Origin: Amoebophrya sp. A120
Lineage: Eukaryota > Protista > Dinoflagellata
Assembly: GCA_905178155.1 (NCBI GenBank)
Contig: CAJINV010000004.1
Location: forward strand, 1,794,341 to 1,846,716
Reading direction: 5' to 3'
Length of the DNA: 52,376 bases
A model generated the notes under the pieces. That model made no database searches. It had not been told where the DNA came from and saw nothing but the letters and a program-made list of their open reading frames with translations. Of this stretch, positions 22,957 to 35,133 are shown piece after piece. Made by a program: the position numbers and the translations under genes. The number at the start of each line of letters is the position of its first letter. Position 1 is the first letter of the stretch.

Positions 22957-25900
22957 ATGGCTGCTCGCGAGGACATGTCTCCGATGTTGCCACCTCCCGG
23001 CGGTGATGGTACTTCTATTGCGCATCATCTCGCCGAAGACGAGTTTCCTCGTGAAGTAAATCTGCCCCATGCAACTGCGGAAGTTGCGGCCCATCAGCTG
23101 CAACATGCCAATATAGAAGTGCCCACCGACCCCGCCATCTTCGACGTGGAAGAGTTTTCGCGTCAGCCCTCCGACTACCACCCCTCGCCCATCACGTCGA
23201 ACCGCGGTCCACTGAAACCTCCTGTCTCCTCGCTACCGCCAACTTCGGTGACGCAGCATAGTACGATGACCGCAACTCCGCCGATCGTTCTGAGCACGGG
23301 TCGTGTTCTTGGACCAGGTACAACTAGCGACGGCGTGGTGGGTTTCGCGCCCAACAGCTCTGAGGACGAGAGCCAAAGCATGTTGGGAGGTGGTTCTCAT
23401 CTGAGTAGTAGAGGACCAGCGTATTTTTCCAAGCCTCCGCACATGTTGACATCATCTTCACCCGCGATTGCACTTGGAGGAAACAAACCCGTATTCCTGT
23501 TTTCCGATCTCAGTAAGAAAACGTCGAAAATAAACCTGTCACCAACCCCAGCCGCCGAAGCAATGGCTAGTACACCGCATCAATTAATACATGGACCTCC
23601 TGGTCGTGCGCCGACCATGCCTTCACCTGCGTCAGCCGCAAGCAAAACCCCTTCGGAAGTGAGTGGGGCAGGTGCTGCTGTGATCGTTGGGACCGGTGCG
23701 GCGAGTTCGAGCAGGTCGAAAACGGAGGCTGTTGCACCTCCCGTGCTCTTGCTTCCGCCTGGAGCAGGCGCATTTCAGCCAGCGCCGCGAGCTGTGCTTT
23801 CCGGTGGAGCTCCTGCGCCGTTGCCGTCAATTGGAAAAATTATGATGCCGACGTCGAACGTGAGTAGTTTCGAATTCGATGCCGTACCAACATCGCAACA
23901 TCAAAAGGAAGGACTCCTCGGCCAACAGCCACCTGTTGCACCTTTATCGTCTGCGCACTTCGCTCGAACGGGCTCCTTTCAAACGGCTGAAGCCGCGCTC
24001 GAGGACACTGGCAACTATAATTTTCGTGTCCAGCAAAACCAAAATCGTGGGGGAGAGACGAAGGGCAGCTCGCTTGGCGGTAAGGAATTAAACTACATGG
24101 GACCATCTTCTTCTTCGTTCCAATACGAACATCAACAAGTGCCCAACTTCGCTGCAGCAGCTTCGTCCAACGCTGATGCTACGACAGCCGATGAAAACTT
24201 TGCATCCATTGCTGGTAAAGGAGTTGTTGGTGTAGGTGTTGCTGGCCCTCGAGGCGGCCTACCGGCTATGATGCTTGGTGGACCTGGTAGTACAAGAGCC
24301 GGGCAGCTTCAGCAGCTGCAGCAGCAGCCCCCGACTTTCACCTTTGGAGCGCCTGCCGCTGCTGTAGGAACCACGGCCGGACCGATTATACCCTCCTCGT
24401 CCTACGCCGGCCCACCTCCTGGCAGTAGCACAGCCCCCGCACTGGCACAAGGTGTTGAAAACAAGCCGCCGCGGTCGCATCTGCTGGAAGTGGGATTTTC
24501 CGAGTTGGAAATGTATGAGGGATCGAAATTTCCACCGAAATCTATGTTCACCAAATCCAAGTATGTCGTGCTTTCCCGCACGCTGCCACGACAGGAGCCG
24601 CTCGCCAAATTGCGCTGGCCGGCCAAGGAGTCGGACGTGTTGCTCAGCAAGTCCGCAGTGACGGCGAGGCCCGGGGACCGCGTGTTTTCGCAGCCGTTTG
24701 ACCACAACAACATCTTCACGGATGGAGATGGTGATGGGTCGACTGACGGAGGTGGGAAAAAGCAAAAGCAGATTCGAATCGAGTTCGACTTTGGAACATC
24801 AGGGAGCAAAACACGAAATTCGGGAAAATCTCCCATATCGGGAGACGCGGTTGACCGGCGGCCAGATTGGGAGAGCCAGGCGGCGGTTGCAAGTTACCCG
24901 CTGGAGTATCAGAAAATTATAAGTGCGCATGATCATTTCACCGGACCACAGGCACAGGCATCATCGGCAACAGCGTCTTCAAGAAGTAGTACATCTGTCA
25001 ACAAGAAGCGAAAAATTTCTCTTGATGGCCACGGGTCGTCCTCATCGAGTTGCGCGACTGGCACCCTGCGGGATTTTGCCCAGCTGGACGAGAAGCGGTG
25101 TCAGGAGGAGCCAAATTTGCTACTGCTCCGACCCACGAGCGCACATGAGTTTCTCGTTCTAGACGTTTGGTTGCTTACCGAGTCTATGACTTCTTCAGAA
25201 CAACTATTCCCTGAAAATTAACCATCCCGATCCAATTTGTCATGCGAAACATGTAGTGAAGTCTGTGTTTGTCATGCAAAAAGTGCCTGGGGATGGTTAA
25301 TTTTCATGGGATAGCAACGACTCGTCGGGAGGGTATCCCTTGACCTGCGGGCAGCGCTGCAGGTACTTACAACTTACACATGCTGAATTCTTATGTATTG
25401 ACGAAGTACAAATGAAGGGCCGCAAGGCCCCATGCAGTGGATTCATGCTGTGTCGAAACATAGTGGACGTCGGAATGTTCGAACTAGTGAATGGCTCAAG
25501 CTTGATTGGGATTTTGAACAGCACTGACCAAGACCGCCATTCTCTTTTTGATATCACGAGTACCTATCAAAATCGTCCAGGGTTTCTCCTACACCGAGCA
25601 GGAGCACGGGCACCCCATTTACGCCAAAGACCTGGAGCTAGTATGCATTGCAAAATTATCGTACTAGTATAAATTGTAATTGCATCACAAATTTTGCATA
25701 AAGGAAAAGTGAAATTTGTCATGCTGACTCACCTAAAAAGGGACATTTGTCATGCCTGATCGCAATTACTACGAGCGCGATACTTTTGCACAGAATAGCT
25801 AGTCGGCCGCGTTTATCTCCAAAGCGTTCGTTACCGCGCCGCCCCGGAACCGGTGACCAGCATTTTCAGCGCAAGTCAGTCGCAGACGGAAATCTCTCTC

Positions 25901-27589
25901 GAGTGGCAAGTCTTCGACGACAGCCAGGTGTCGTCTTTCACGGTCTTTTATCAAATGTAAAAATGTCTGGGTCTGGAAGATTGCCAGGTTTGTCATGCAC
26001 ATTTTGCATGACTCCTGCTGTCTGTGATGCATGCCCTAGCATCACAGATTTCGTGAGGGCTTCCTGACGCCTATACCGCATGACAAATGCTCTTTTCGTG
26101 TAGCAAGACTTGGACTCTCTGTCTCTTTGCTACTCATGCAATACAGATTTTTTTAGAATCCAAAATCAGCATGACAAGTCGGATTCTTCCAGACCGAGAC
26201 ATTTTTACGGTTGATATCTTTCAACGCAGCGCCAGCGCCGACCGCAACACCTGGGAAGTCGTCGCGGACTGCGTGCGCGAGCCGCGCTTCGTGGTGAGGG
26301 AAAATTTGGTTGGGAATTCCGACTATCACTTCCAAGTCACCGCAAACAACCAGTGCGGGGTGGGAATGCTGGACACCAAAAACAGCAGCGGGCTTTCTGT
26401 GAAAACGGCTCCAACCGTGCCGGAGCCGGTTTCTGCGGAGAGCTTTACACTGGAGGCACCGGCGAAGAAGGTACTTCTATCAAGGATTTTTATTCTTCTT
26501 TTGAGTTTTTTGTTGCACCACGACTTACAGGCCCATTTTTAATATAAATAAATTTTCCCCGCGACCGTTCCACCTTCAGTTCAGGGTCACCTTCGACGTG
26601 TAGTTTTATTTTGTTCGCTGTGAATGAAAGTAGATCTCTGACACCGGCAATAAATCAGGACCGCCTGGAACTTTCCTGGCGTCGTCCGCGCACCGACGGG
26701 GGGAGCAGGATCTTGTTTTACCGCGTTTGGATATGAAAGTGCACAATTCCCCCTCGTTCTCATTTCTCATGCAAAATCGCAATTTCAGTTGTTCCCTTGT
26801 ATCACTATTTATGCATGAGAAATTCTGGAAACCCAAACAGTACCACGTTAGGTTCTTTTTAGATTTGTCATGCATAGGCTCCATGTGAGCTGGTGTTTGT
26901 ATTGCTGTTCATGCCATACAAATGAGGGGCTGTGCACTGTCATATTGGATGTGCAAGATTGCGAACTGCTCCTACTGGACGGATTTGATGCCCAAAGACA
27001 CCCTGTGGACCGACCTGGGCATATCCTGAGCAAAAACGTCACCACCCCATAGTCACGATGGGAAATTTGCTAGACAAATCAGCCAACTTTGGTTGTTGCA
27101 CATGACAAGTTTGGCCCCGTAGTGTCATCGTGTGTAGCAAGTTCAGCAGCGTGGTCACAGATCTTGCGCATCATGCCGCTTTGAGCATGACAAATTCCAA
27201 AACGCGCTTAGACAATGCCTCTCATGGGGCTCCGCATGAGAAACATTTTTCAGCATGCGGATTTGCATTACAAATAGGGGATGATGGTGATGGCACCTCG
27301 GTGTCTGCCTGACCTACCCCCCCTGCGTGTCAAGCCATCTGCGGCCTGGGGCAGAGGGGGTGGCAAAGTGTGCTGCAATTCCTTTGGCATTACAACTACG
27401 GGGTGGGGACGTTTTTAGATACGATAGGGCAGCGTGTCCAGCTACGACAACGAGGGGACGTGTGACACCTTTGCCTGCAAGGTGGAGCCCGTTGTGAAGA
27501 CGTCCCGCTATTCCTTCCGGATTTTCGCCGTGAATCGGGTTGGATACTCGAAGCCGAGCGCCACAGAGTTGAAAGTGGTGTATGTGTAG
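22957..27589 (+). CDS. ~1,016-aa protein: low-complexity N-terminus, C2-like region, two fibronectin type III domains
   Basis: Exons 22957-25204, 25319-25362, 25581-25641, 25803-25948, 26222-26470, 26659-26731, 26950-27021, 27432-27589. FN3 motifs ISLEW..DYHFQVTANNQCGVG and LSWRRPHTDGGSRILFY..YSFRIFAVNRVGYS. Five introners plus two GT-AG introns (25363-25580, 26471-26658). Confidence 0.85.
25205..25313. mobile_element. introner, short singleton
   Basis: TIR tattccctgaaaattaaccatccc / gggatggttaattttcatgggata; repeat acaac/gcaac. Confidence 0.9.
25642..25797. mobile_element. introner family A
   Basis: tatgcattgcaaaattatcgtac...gatacttttgcacagaata; repeat gctag/gctag. Confidence 0.92.
25949..26216. 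mobile_element. introner family B
   Basis: Near copy of 6121-6382; repeat tcttt/tcttt; splits an FN3 domain. Confidence 0.94.
26732..26944. mobile_element. introner family G
   Basis: tatgaaagtgcaca / tgtgcactgtcata; repeat ttgga/ttgga; related to 49930-50165. Confidence 0.9.
27022..27426. mobile_element. introner family H with internal expansion
   Basis: tatcctgagcaaaaacgtc / gacgtttttagatacgata; repeat gggca/gggca; related to 50375-50654. Confidence 0.9.
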
Positions 27590-27687
27590 TAGTTTTCGCC
27601 TTTTCATCTTGGCTCGCTACCTCCTTTCTTGCAATTGAAAGAGACTGCGCCTAATGTTCTCGGCCGAGAGATGTCGTCGATTATTGG

Positions 27688-27713
27688 ACACACACACACA
27701 CACACACACACAC
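27688..27713. repeat. (AC)13 microsatellite
   Basis: Direct reading of the sequence. Confidence 0.9.
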
Positions 27714-28282
27714 CAATCCATTATGAAGAACATGAATATGATCCCAGTACCAGTTTGCTATCATACACGCCACGAGCAACGTGAAGGTAAAACTGATTCA
27801 GGCGATGTTATTGGAGTCGTGACTTAGTTCTTTTTCACACCATTCATACATTCCTCGTGAAAATGAGATCCATCCTTTTTTTTTGACGCGCAACCTCTTC
27901 GGCGGGCATGGGACTTCTTCTCGAGATCGCCAAACTGGAGTGATTCAACAGAGGTGGTGAGTTGATTTATTGAAAAAAATTCAAAGAAGGGCACAAAACA
28001 ACGACGAGCTAAAGCCGGCTTTTTTTGCAAATTATGTCGCGGGAGTGATGAAATAAACTACTTTTTCTGCAAATGCGATCGGCGGTTCTTCCACTGCCAC
28101 GACCATGACGTGCACGACTGTATTTTTGTTTCGTTTTTTTTTCCAACGACCCAATCTACATTTTGTCGTAATAGAGTCGAGGGAGAGCTCCTTCTTGGAC
28201 AACATCCTGTGATGGAGGTGCGAGAAGTTGTGAAGAAATCGGAATAAATAGATACGTAACTTCACACCATTTCCAAGAAAAG

Positions 28283-31200
28283 ATGGAGCTCATCGACCCG
28301 ACTTCCTCTCTCGCCTCCCAGGCAACCTGTCCGGTGTGCCTCGAGTTGATCGACACCGTCGCTCACGAGGCCACCTGTTGCGGCCGCCTCGCGTGCGCCG
28401 TTTGCGCGGGAAAACTAGCCACGCGACCCAACTGCTTCAACTGCCGGAAACCGCTGGGGACGGAATTTCGCTTCCAGAAAAGTCTGTTCGCGACGAGACT
28501 TTTGCAACAGGAGCAGGTGCGCTGCAAGAGCTGTGCAGGCGTGATGACCATGGCGGAGTGGCGAAAACACGTGAAAATCACTGACCGCGACTGGGTCGAC
28601 ACTTTTCCTTGTCCACACGTCCGCAGGAAGTGCGTGCACGAAAATTGCGAGTTTGAAGGAAATATCAAATGCAAAAGTGTCTGGGTCTGGAACAATGCAA
28701 GATTTGTCATGCATATTTCTCATGGCCCATGATGCCTGTAATGCATGACTTAGCATCGCAGACTTTTAGAGGGCTTCCGGATGCATCTTCCGCATGAGAA
28801 ATGCCCTGTCCGTGTAGCACAAATTATACCCCTCTTGCTGGTCATGCAATACAAATTTTTTTAAAGTCCAAAAACAGCATGACAAGTTGCAATCTTCCAG
28901 ACCCAGACATTTTTACATTTGATAGGAAATTTGGCGGAAATGAAACACCACGTGGCGAGGGAATGCTCGGAGGTAATACGTATTGATAGTGATAAAGAGT
29001 TGTCGCGCACAACGACATACTCTACTCGGGGTGAGTTTCGCTTTCGATTACAACATGCTTATGTTTAAAAAAATTGTATATATAAGTGCAAAACGGTCAT
29101 ATATGATTTCTGCGTTTGTTCCTGATAGGACAAGCGTAACCTTCCGTTTTATCTTCCTCCCACTGCCCTAACCGCAGGGTTACCGCGCGCTGGACGCCGA
29201 GGCATGGCGGCTGTGTGGGGGCGCGGAAGGCCTACGAAAATCTATGTTCACCATTCAGCGCGTGTTGAAAAAGATCGACCCCACCATATGACTTGCTCAA
29301 ACGTTACAATCTCAAACGTTACAATAGAATCTGGAATTTGTGTCGCATGATGAGCATGACAGAGTCGCACAGCGTTCCATCTTTTGCAATACAAATTTCG
29401 CCAGATTGTCGTGGGGTTTAGGGCTCCGGAACTTGTCATGCGCAACCCTATGAGACTTGGCTAGATCATGCACTCTTGCATCACAGATTTCCATATTCTA
29501 TTGTAGTTCTTGAGATTGTAACACTTGAGCGGGTTATACACCAAAGCCATCGAAGAAGTTCCCGCGCTGGCGGCGAAATTGTGCGACGTGAAGATTTATC
29601 CTGTGCAAAAGTATCGTACTCGCACTAATCGCATTTATGCATGACAAATTTTTTTGTCAAGTTAAATCCGCATTACAGATTCCATTTGTCATGCTGGCCA
29701 AATTTGTAATGCGGTTTCTACTAGTACGATGCTTTTGCAATGCATAAGATTACCGCCAATGTGTTCATTTCCGCCGCAAAAGACTACGTGGACCACCTCC
29801 CGAACGGCTGTATCTTCACCTCCTACGTTGAGCTGGAGCAAGCCCCTTTCTCGGGGCCGTTGTTCACCCTGCTGACCAGACGCAAGCAGGTGCGGGAAGC
29901 GGTTCAAATAAATCCTCAGGAGAATCATGTTGCGGATCATGTGGACGAGGACGGCGCCGCATATGGAGTATTAAAACAGCAGCAAGAAGTAAAACCACAG
30001 GGGGAGGGGGAGGGCGAGCAAACTATACTCACAGTAAATTTCCCGCACAAACACGTACAAATGCTGTTTCTGCATGACAAAATTTTTCTGCATATTTTAG
30101 TTAGCATGACAAGTTGCTTCTTCTAAGTTGGTGAAATTTGTTTTGATGCATGTTGTAGATGTACGGGAAATTTGTATTGCATAAACTACTACAAAAACCA
30201 ACAAAGTCCCCATCTCCACGACCGCCGACCTGATCCGAACCGTTCGGGAGTGGGACCGGGTGCTGTATGCGTTGCAAATATGTCTGGGTGTGGAAAGATG
30301 GAACCTGTGCTGCTGCCTCTGGAAGATTCTAAAAAAAACTGTATTGCAGGAACAGCGAGAGCACTCTACCGTTTGCTACGCGGGAATGGCGTTTCTCATG
30401 CGGGAGAAGCATGATCAGGAAGGCCTAACAATAAAACCAGTGATAGAGATACTTCTACTCTTCGTTCTCGGGCATGCATTACAGTCACCGTAAGTCAAGC
30501 AAAATGTGCATGACAAACTCCTCCACTCATCCAGACCCGCCAGACACATTTGCAATGCATATGCTGTCCAAATGGCCGAAGCTGCCCGGAGAATTGAACC
30601 CACTGCAAGACTTCCAAGTCCGCAACGCGTACATTACGGTCGTAAAACTCTGCGTAGTAGGAACTGCAAATATGTCTGGGTCTGGGAGATTGCGAGATTT
30701 GTGTTTGTCATGGTAGACTGGCATGACTCCAAACTCTGTATTGCGTGCCCGCGAAGAGGTCCTGCTGTCTGTCATGCAAAAGCGCAGTTTCTCATGCGAA
30801 ATACGCAACTCTGAACCACGGAAAAACTTGTCATGCTGGGGAGCGCATTACAGTGTGCTCAATATTCCCCTCCTTCCATCACAAGTTTCCAGACGCAAAC
30901 ACATTTGCATCCGATACGTAGTGGACGACTACAATTTGCTCCCCTTCGCGGATCGGCCGAAACCGCAGGAAATCATCCGGGAAAGTAGAATGCAGTCCAG
31001 ACACTCGAACTTGCTCGGCCGCATAGACAGCAACGACTTCTCGCCCTGCTTCCAACAAGCGAAAGAAGCCTGGAAGCAAGCCGGATTTGAGCTGGGCGGG
31101 GGTGAGGAAGAAGAAGCGGGAAAGAGGAAGAGCCTGAAGAGAGGACATCAAGGGAAAACAAATGACAACACGCTGCCATCTACTTGTACTTCCTCTCCGT

Positions 31201-32356
31201 CGACAGGAACGATAACGAATCGGAGTCGGAGTCCGCGCCAGAATCGGAGAACCAGAAGCGACACAAAAAATACCGCCTCGACTACTTCTTCGAAGAACTC
31301 TGTCAACATCAACCAACCCTCGTCTCGCTGGAGCTGCTCGTCCAGTAGCAGCGTCGGAACCGAAAACGAACGAGCGCAGGGCTTGCTGCACTACCCATTG
31401 ACGCTATGCATTGCAAATATGTCTGGGTCTGGAAGGATGCGAACTTGTGATGCGCGTTTCACATGACACAAAAATCTGTCATTTGCATGGAAGCCAAAAG
31501 CTGCACATTTCTGGCCACCGAAAGAAGGGCTTTTTCGTGCGAATTACGCATTGAGAGACAAGACCTTCTAAAAACCTGTGGTGCTGGGGAGTGCATGGTT
31601 GCCCTTCTGGGTCATCCCAAAGCTGCATCACAAACCTCTGCATCCTTCCAGGCCCAGACATATTTGCATTTGATAAACGCAAACGCAAAGCAATGGCAGG
31701 CCCTCACTCGTTATCCTGTGCAAAAGTATCGTACTCGTACAAATGCAAGTCTTGCATTACAAATCTTGTTTCCAAGGCAAATCTGCATTTTACAAATTTT
31801 ATTTCTCATGCTGAGGAAATTTGTAAAATCAAAATGCATTTATACGAGTACGATACTTTTGCAGTTCATACTCGTACCGTTGCCGAAGCATTTCCGTCCA
31901 CCAGGATCATTGCAGAAGCCGCGGCCGAAGGTGGAACGACGATCTTCATCTCAAGGTGGATTGTTCGGCGAGGAGAGGACCTCATCTGCGCACAACGAGC
32001 ACGGAACAATCATGGCATCCTCGTGGGGGAGCCACCACCCGCGGCTTAGTGATTGCGACTTGGCGCAGCGAATAGAAGCACTGGAACGTAAAACAAGCCG
32101 GATGATCATGAGCGCACCACCAGAAGGAACGACGAGCACTTCTTGTTCATCTATGTTGCCCGCAGAAGCTTCCAGAGTCGCGCAGCACGCGACGAGAAGC
32201 TCGTTTACGAGGAACAAGAACTCAAGCACAACCACTTCTTCTGCCTCCTCTTCTGCACGACCTGCGGCGCAAGCAGAGCACGACGCGCGGAGTCAACAAC
32301 CTCGTCCCGTGCTGAACCTCAACTATAAACCCATATCGAGGGCTGTCAGGAGTTGA
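28283..32356 (+). CDS. ~673-aa RING finger + TRAF-type zinc finger protein (putative E3 ligase)
   Basis: CPVC..CCGR..CAVC..CFNC RING-like pattern, then C/H fingers. Exons 28283-28662, 28930-28972, 29178-29286, 29544-29596, 29752-30025, 30189-30265, 30567-30657, 30922-31404, 31681-31711, 31876-32356 join in frame. One GT-AG intron at 28973-29177 with a ctaac branch-like site. Confidence 0.85.
28663..28924. mobile_element. introner family B
   Basis: tatcaaatgcaaaagtgtctgggtctgg...ccagacatttttacatttgata; repeat ggaaa/ggaaa. Confidence 0.93.
29287..29538. mobile_element. introner family I-like
   Basis: tatgacttgctcaaacgttacaatctcaa / ttgagattgtaacacttgagcgggttata; repeat cacca/cacca. Confidence 0.9.
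29597..29746. mobile_element. introner family A
   Basis: tatcctgtgcaaaagtatcgtac...gcttttgcaatgcata; repeat agatt/agatt. Confidence 0.92.
30026..30183. mobile_element. introner, singleton
   Basis: tactcacagtaaatttcccg / cgggaaatttgtattgcata; repeat aacta/aacta. Confidence 0.85.
30266..30561. mobile_element. introner family B
   Basis: tatgcgttgcaaatatgtctggg...cagacacatttgcaatgcata; repeat tgctg/tgctg. Confidence 0.9.
30658..30916. mobile_element. introner family B-like
   Basis: taggaactgcaaatatgtctggg...acatttgcatccgata; repeat cgtag/cgtag. Confidence 0.9.
31405..31675. mobile_element. introner family B-like
   Basis: tatgcattgcaaatatgtctggg...cccagacatatttgcatttgata; repeat gacgc/aacgc. 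Confidence 0.9.
31712..31870. mobile_element. introner family A
   Basis: tatcctgtgcaaaagtatcgtactcgta...gatacttttgcagttcata; repeat ctcgt/ctcgt. Confidence 0.93.
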
Positions 32357-33707
32357 TTTTGGAGTCGAAGACGATGAGATGACGAGAGAGTGACAACACT
32401 CGAATAGGCTTCTGGCGGTATTTTGTTAATATTAGATGCATATCTTCGCGGGCTGATCCTAATGTTTTTTTTTTTTTGATTCGGTGTGTCCACGAAGCCT
32501 AACACACTTATTTTTCAATCCTGCGTACTTGAATTTCTCGTCATGGCATATGATCTGTGATTTTGCTTTAGTTTCACGAGTATGAAATGTAAAACTTCAT
32601 CACAGTCACTCTCTCTCATTTTTTGTCCCAATAATTTTTTGAGGATAACTTCTTCGTCGAAGATTCTCAGCTCGCCACCGCATGAAATAATGGCTTTTCT
32701 CCAGAATCTTGTACAAAAATATCAATGGATATGGAGGTGAGCCGCGATCACCACGCTCACAAAGTTCATTCCCAATTGGATTTGATGTGGAAGGAGTTTA
32801 CGAAAATGAATCTTGATAGCTTACTTAATACATGTTTGTGTAGTTTGTGGTCGGTAGGCCAGCATATCTTTGCCATGCCGGGTGCTAGTGCCCGCAAAGG
32901 CAGATCATGGTATAGATGCGCATGGTGCCTTGAATGTCATATTGTGGAAAAATGGTACTTATTTCGTTTCGTTTCCGCACGGACCCATTATATATAACGA
33001 TCCCCGGTTGCGCTTCGATGGGGGAAAACTATATTATAAGTGGATGACGTTTGTCGATTTACTTATTTAGGTCTCGCTTTTTTTTTAGCGGCCGTGAGTA
33101 TCAAGCGCGTCACTTAGTAGGAGCACTCCCCTTGCAGTGAAATTGTGTTCGTAACAGGAGGGTAATCGTAGTAGTTGTACTTAAACGAGACAACCAGGCA
33201 CAACTTTGCTATCGTTGAAATCTTATGAGGGCTTTCGAGAGTCAACAAACTATTGTTTGCGATCTCGATGAAATATATATTCAAGATCGAGCGGGGGCTT
33301 TAGAGTGAAATGTTGGAGGCCTCATCGACGACGTCGTCCTCGTCATTTCTTTGTGATAATTGTAAAATTGCATCTAATAAAACGCTTTCTAGACTAACGA
33401 CTATAGTAGATACACGATTATCAGCTGGTCGCGAGCCAGTAGACATAAATTATGAGCCGGTTAACACAAAAAATTATTGAGCCACTAATCATGTTAAATT
33501 GAACTGCGGTTCTTGCCGTGGCAGGAAGGCGAGACAGTCAAATCATCCTCGGACACGACCACGTCCCGCCCGTCGCTCCTGCAACAGAAGAACGACTCCG
33601 ATTTGCCTATGTGGATCCGCTGCTGGTCGTTGATGTGGTACTACGGGTGGTGTTGCTAGAAGGAAGACATCTCCACCTCCGCTGCAGTTTTTGTATTCCA
33701 CCCGAGG

Positions 33708-34870
33708 ATGGTTCTCTCCAACTGTGTCCTGTCGGGGAGTGCCGGGAGCACCGGCACCGCAGTCGTTGTTGCGCGGCAGCACTTCTGTTTGCTCCTTCTT
33801 TTTTTGATCCTCGGAACGCAGAAGATGCTTGTGTTTACCAGGGCGACTACTCTTACAACCGGGAAGATGAAAGTAGCCAAAGCGACGCCCGGCCCAGCGG
33901 GAAAGCAACTAGAACCACGACCACGAGGACAAACGACGAACACAAAGAGCAGATGAAGCTGCCAAGAAGTCGCGGGCGGACTACAACAGCCCCAGCGGAT
34001 GCACACGCAAGCTCTTACAGAGCTGATCTGCCCGCAGATGCCGTCTTCGACGTCGAAGAGAGTAGAACTGCCCCCATTAATCCTGCCGCGGAGCCAGCGT
34101 CCGGACGCGCCGCTCTTGAAGTTCTTGGAGGAGCAGTCAGTAAAGGCCTAAACTCTCCAAGAAGAACGGCCGTGGACGAGGAAGGCGAAGATGAGACTCT
34201 CGAAGAGCGCGGTGATGAAGCAGACGCCGACCAAGTCGTCGCGTCTGAGCAGCCGGAACACCAACAGCAAGAAGCGAAGCCGGAGCTGGATCTTCAAGAG
34301 CGGCCTCTACTTGATGAAAGCGCCGATCACATAGTTGGTAAAAACAACCAGCATCACCATCCGAATCTCCGGGGCGGTAGAAAGCCTACAAGTGGTAGCA
34401 GTTTAGCGCCAACAACAACAAGGGCGGCCACGTCAAGCTCTATGGTGGCGCTACAAGAAGTAGAAGCACTGCAGCAGATTGATGAAGAAAGTTCTTCGTT
34501 CCTTAATTCAGCGGCGTCATCAGCATCATCGGCAGAAGGTGAAACTAAAAGCGAAGACCTTCTTCGGTCGTCGGACTTTGTACAAAAAACTGCTGGATCC
34601 GTCGTGAAAACGACCTTGAGCTCCGGCGAGACCAAGACGATGAAAGCGAAAGCAAAACAACTACACCAGGAAAAACAACAGCAACGCACAACGGTGAAAG
34701 TCGGGGACCTGCTAGGGTGTGCGTGCAGTGCGGGAGAACCTGCGTTCCCTTTGTCCGAGGCCTTCCTCCACAAATATCCGGCGGCCCGTCTCGAAGGAAC
34801 CTCTCTGCAAGCCGCCGGCCTTCTGCCCCGTATTTGGGCGGCCCTACTACGTCCCGTGGAACGCTCCAGT
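33708..34870 (+). pseudogene. 5' part of a host gene interrupted by the 11-kb transposon; apparently frameshifted
   Basis: Hydrophobic leader in ORF 33708, coding-like ORF 33518-34894 in another frame, and the ORF 34719 frame (..RPYYVPWNAPV) that fuses with the frame after 46031. Confidence 0.5.
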
Positions 34871-35133
34871 CATATGTTCCGAGACCCAAGATAGCAAAAT
34901 CTGCAAAATCGGGAAAAAAATTTCATATGGTACTTTCGGAAACCGGACGTCGCGACGGATCCCGGACGTGTGCCTGCTGCTGGAGTTTCGGCGATTTGAA
35001 CACGCCCTATCGACGTGGTTGATAGAACACGATCGTAGCAAGCCAAAGTCAGCACCTCGTCGTTTCGTAACTTAGCAAAACTCGAACTCGGAACAAACGG
35101 GAAAACCATGGAGAGAGAGAGCAATCGTGAGCA

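Noticed and set aside
25491-25500. atggctcaag as a dinoflagellate spliced-leader relic
   Set aside because: Only the last few bases match, and it lies within an intron, not upstream of a gene.
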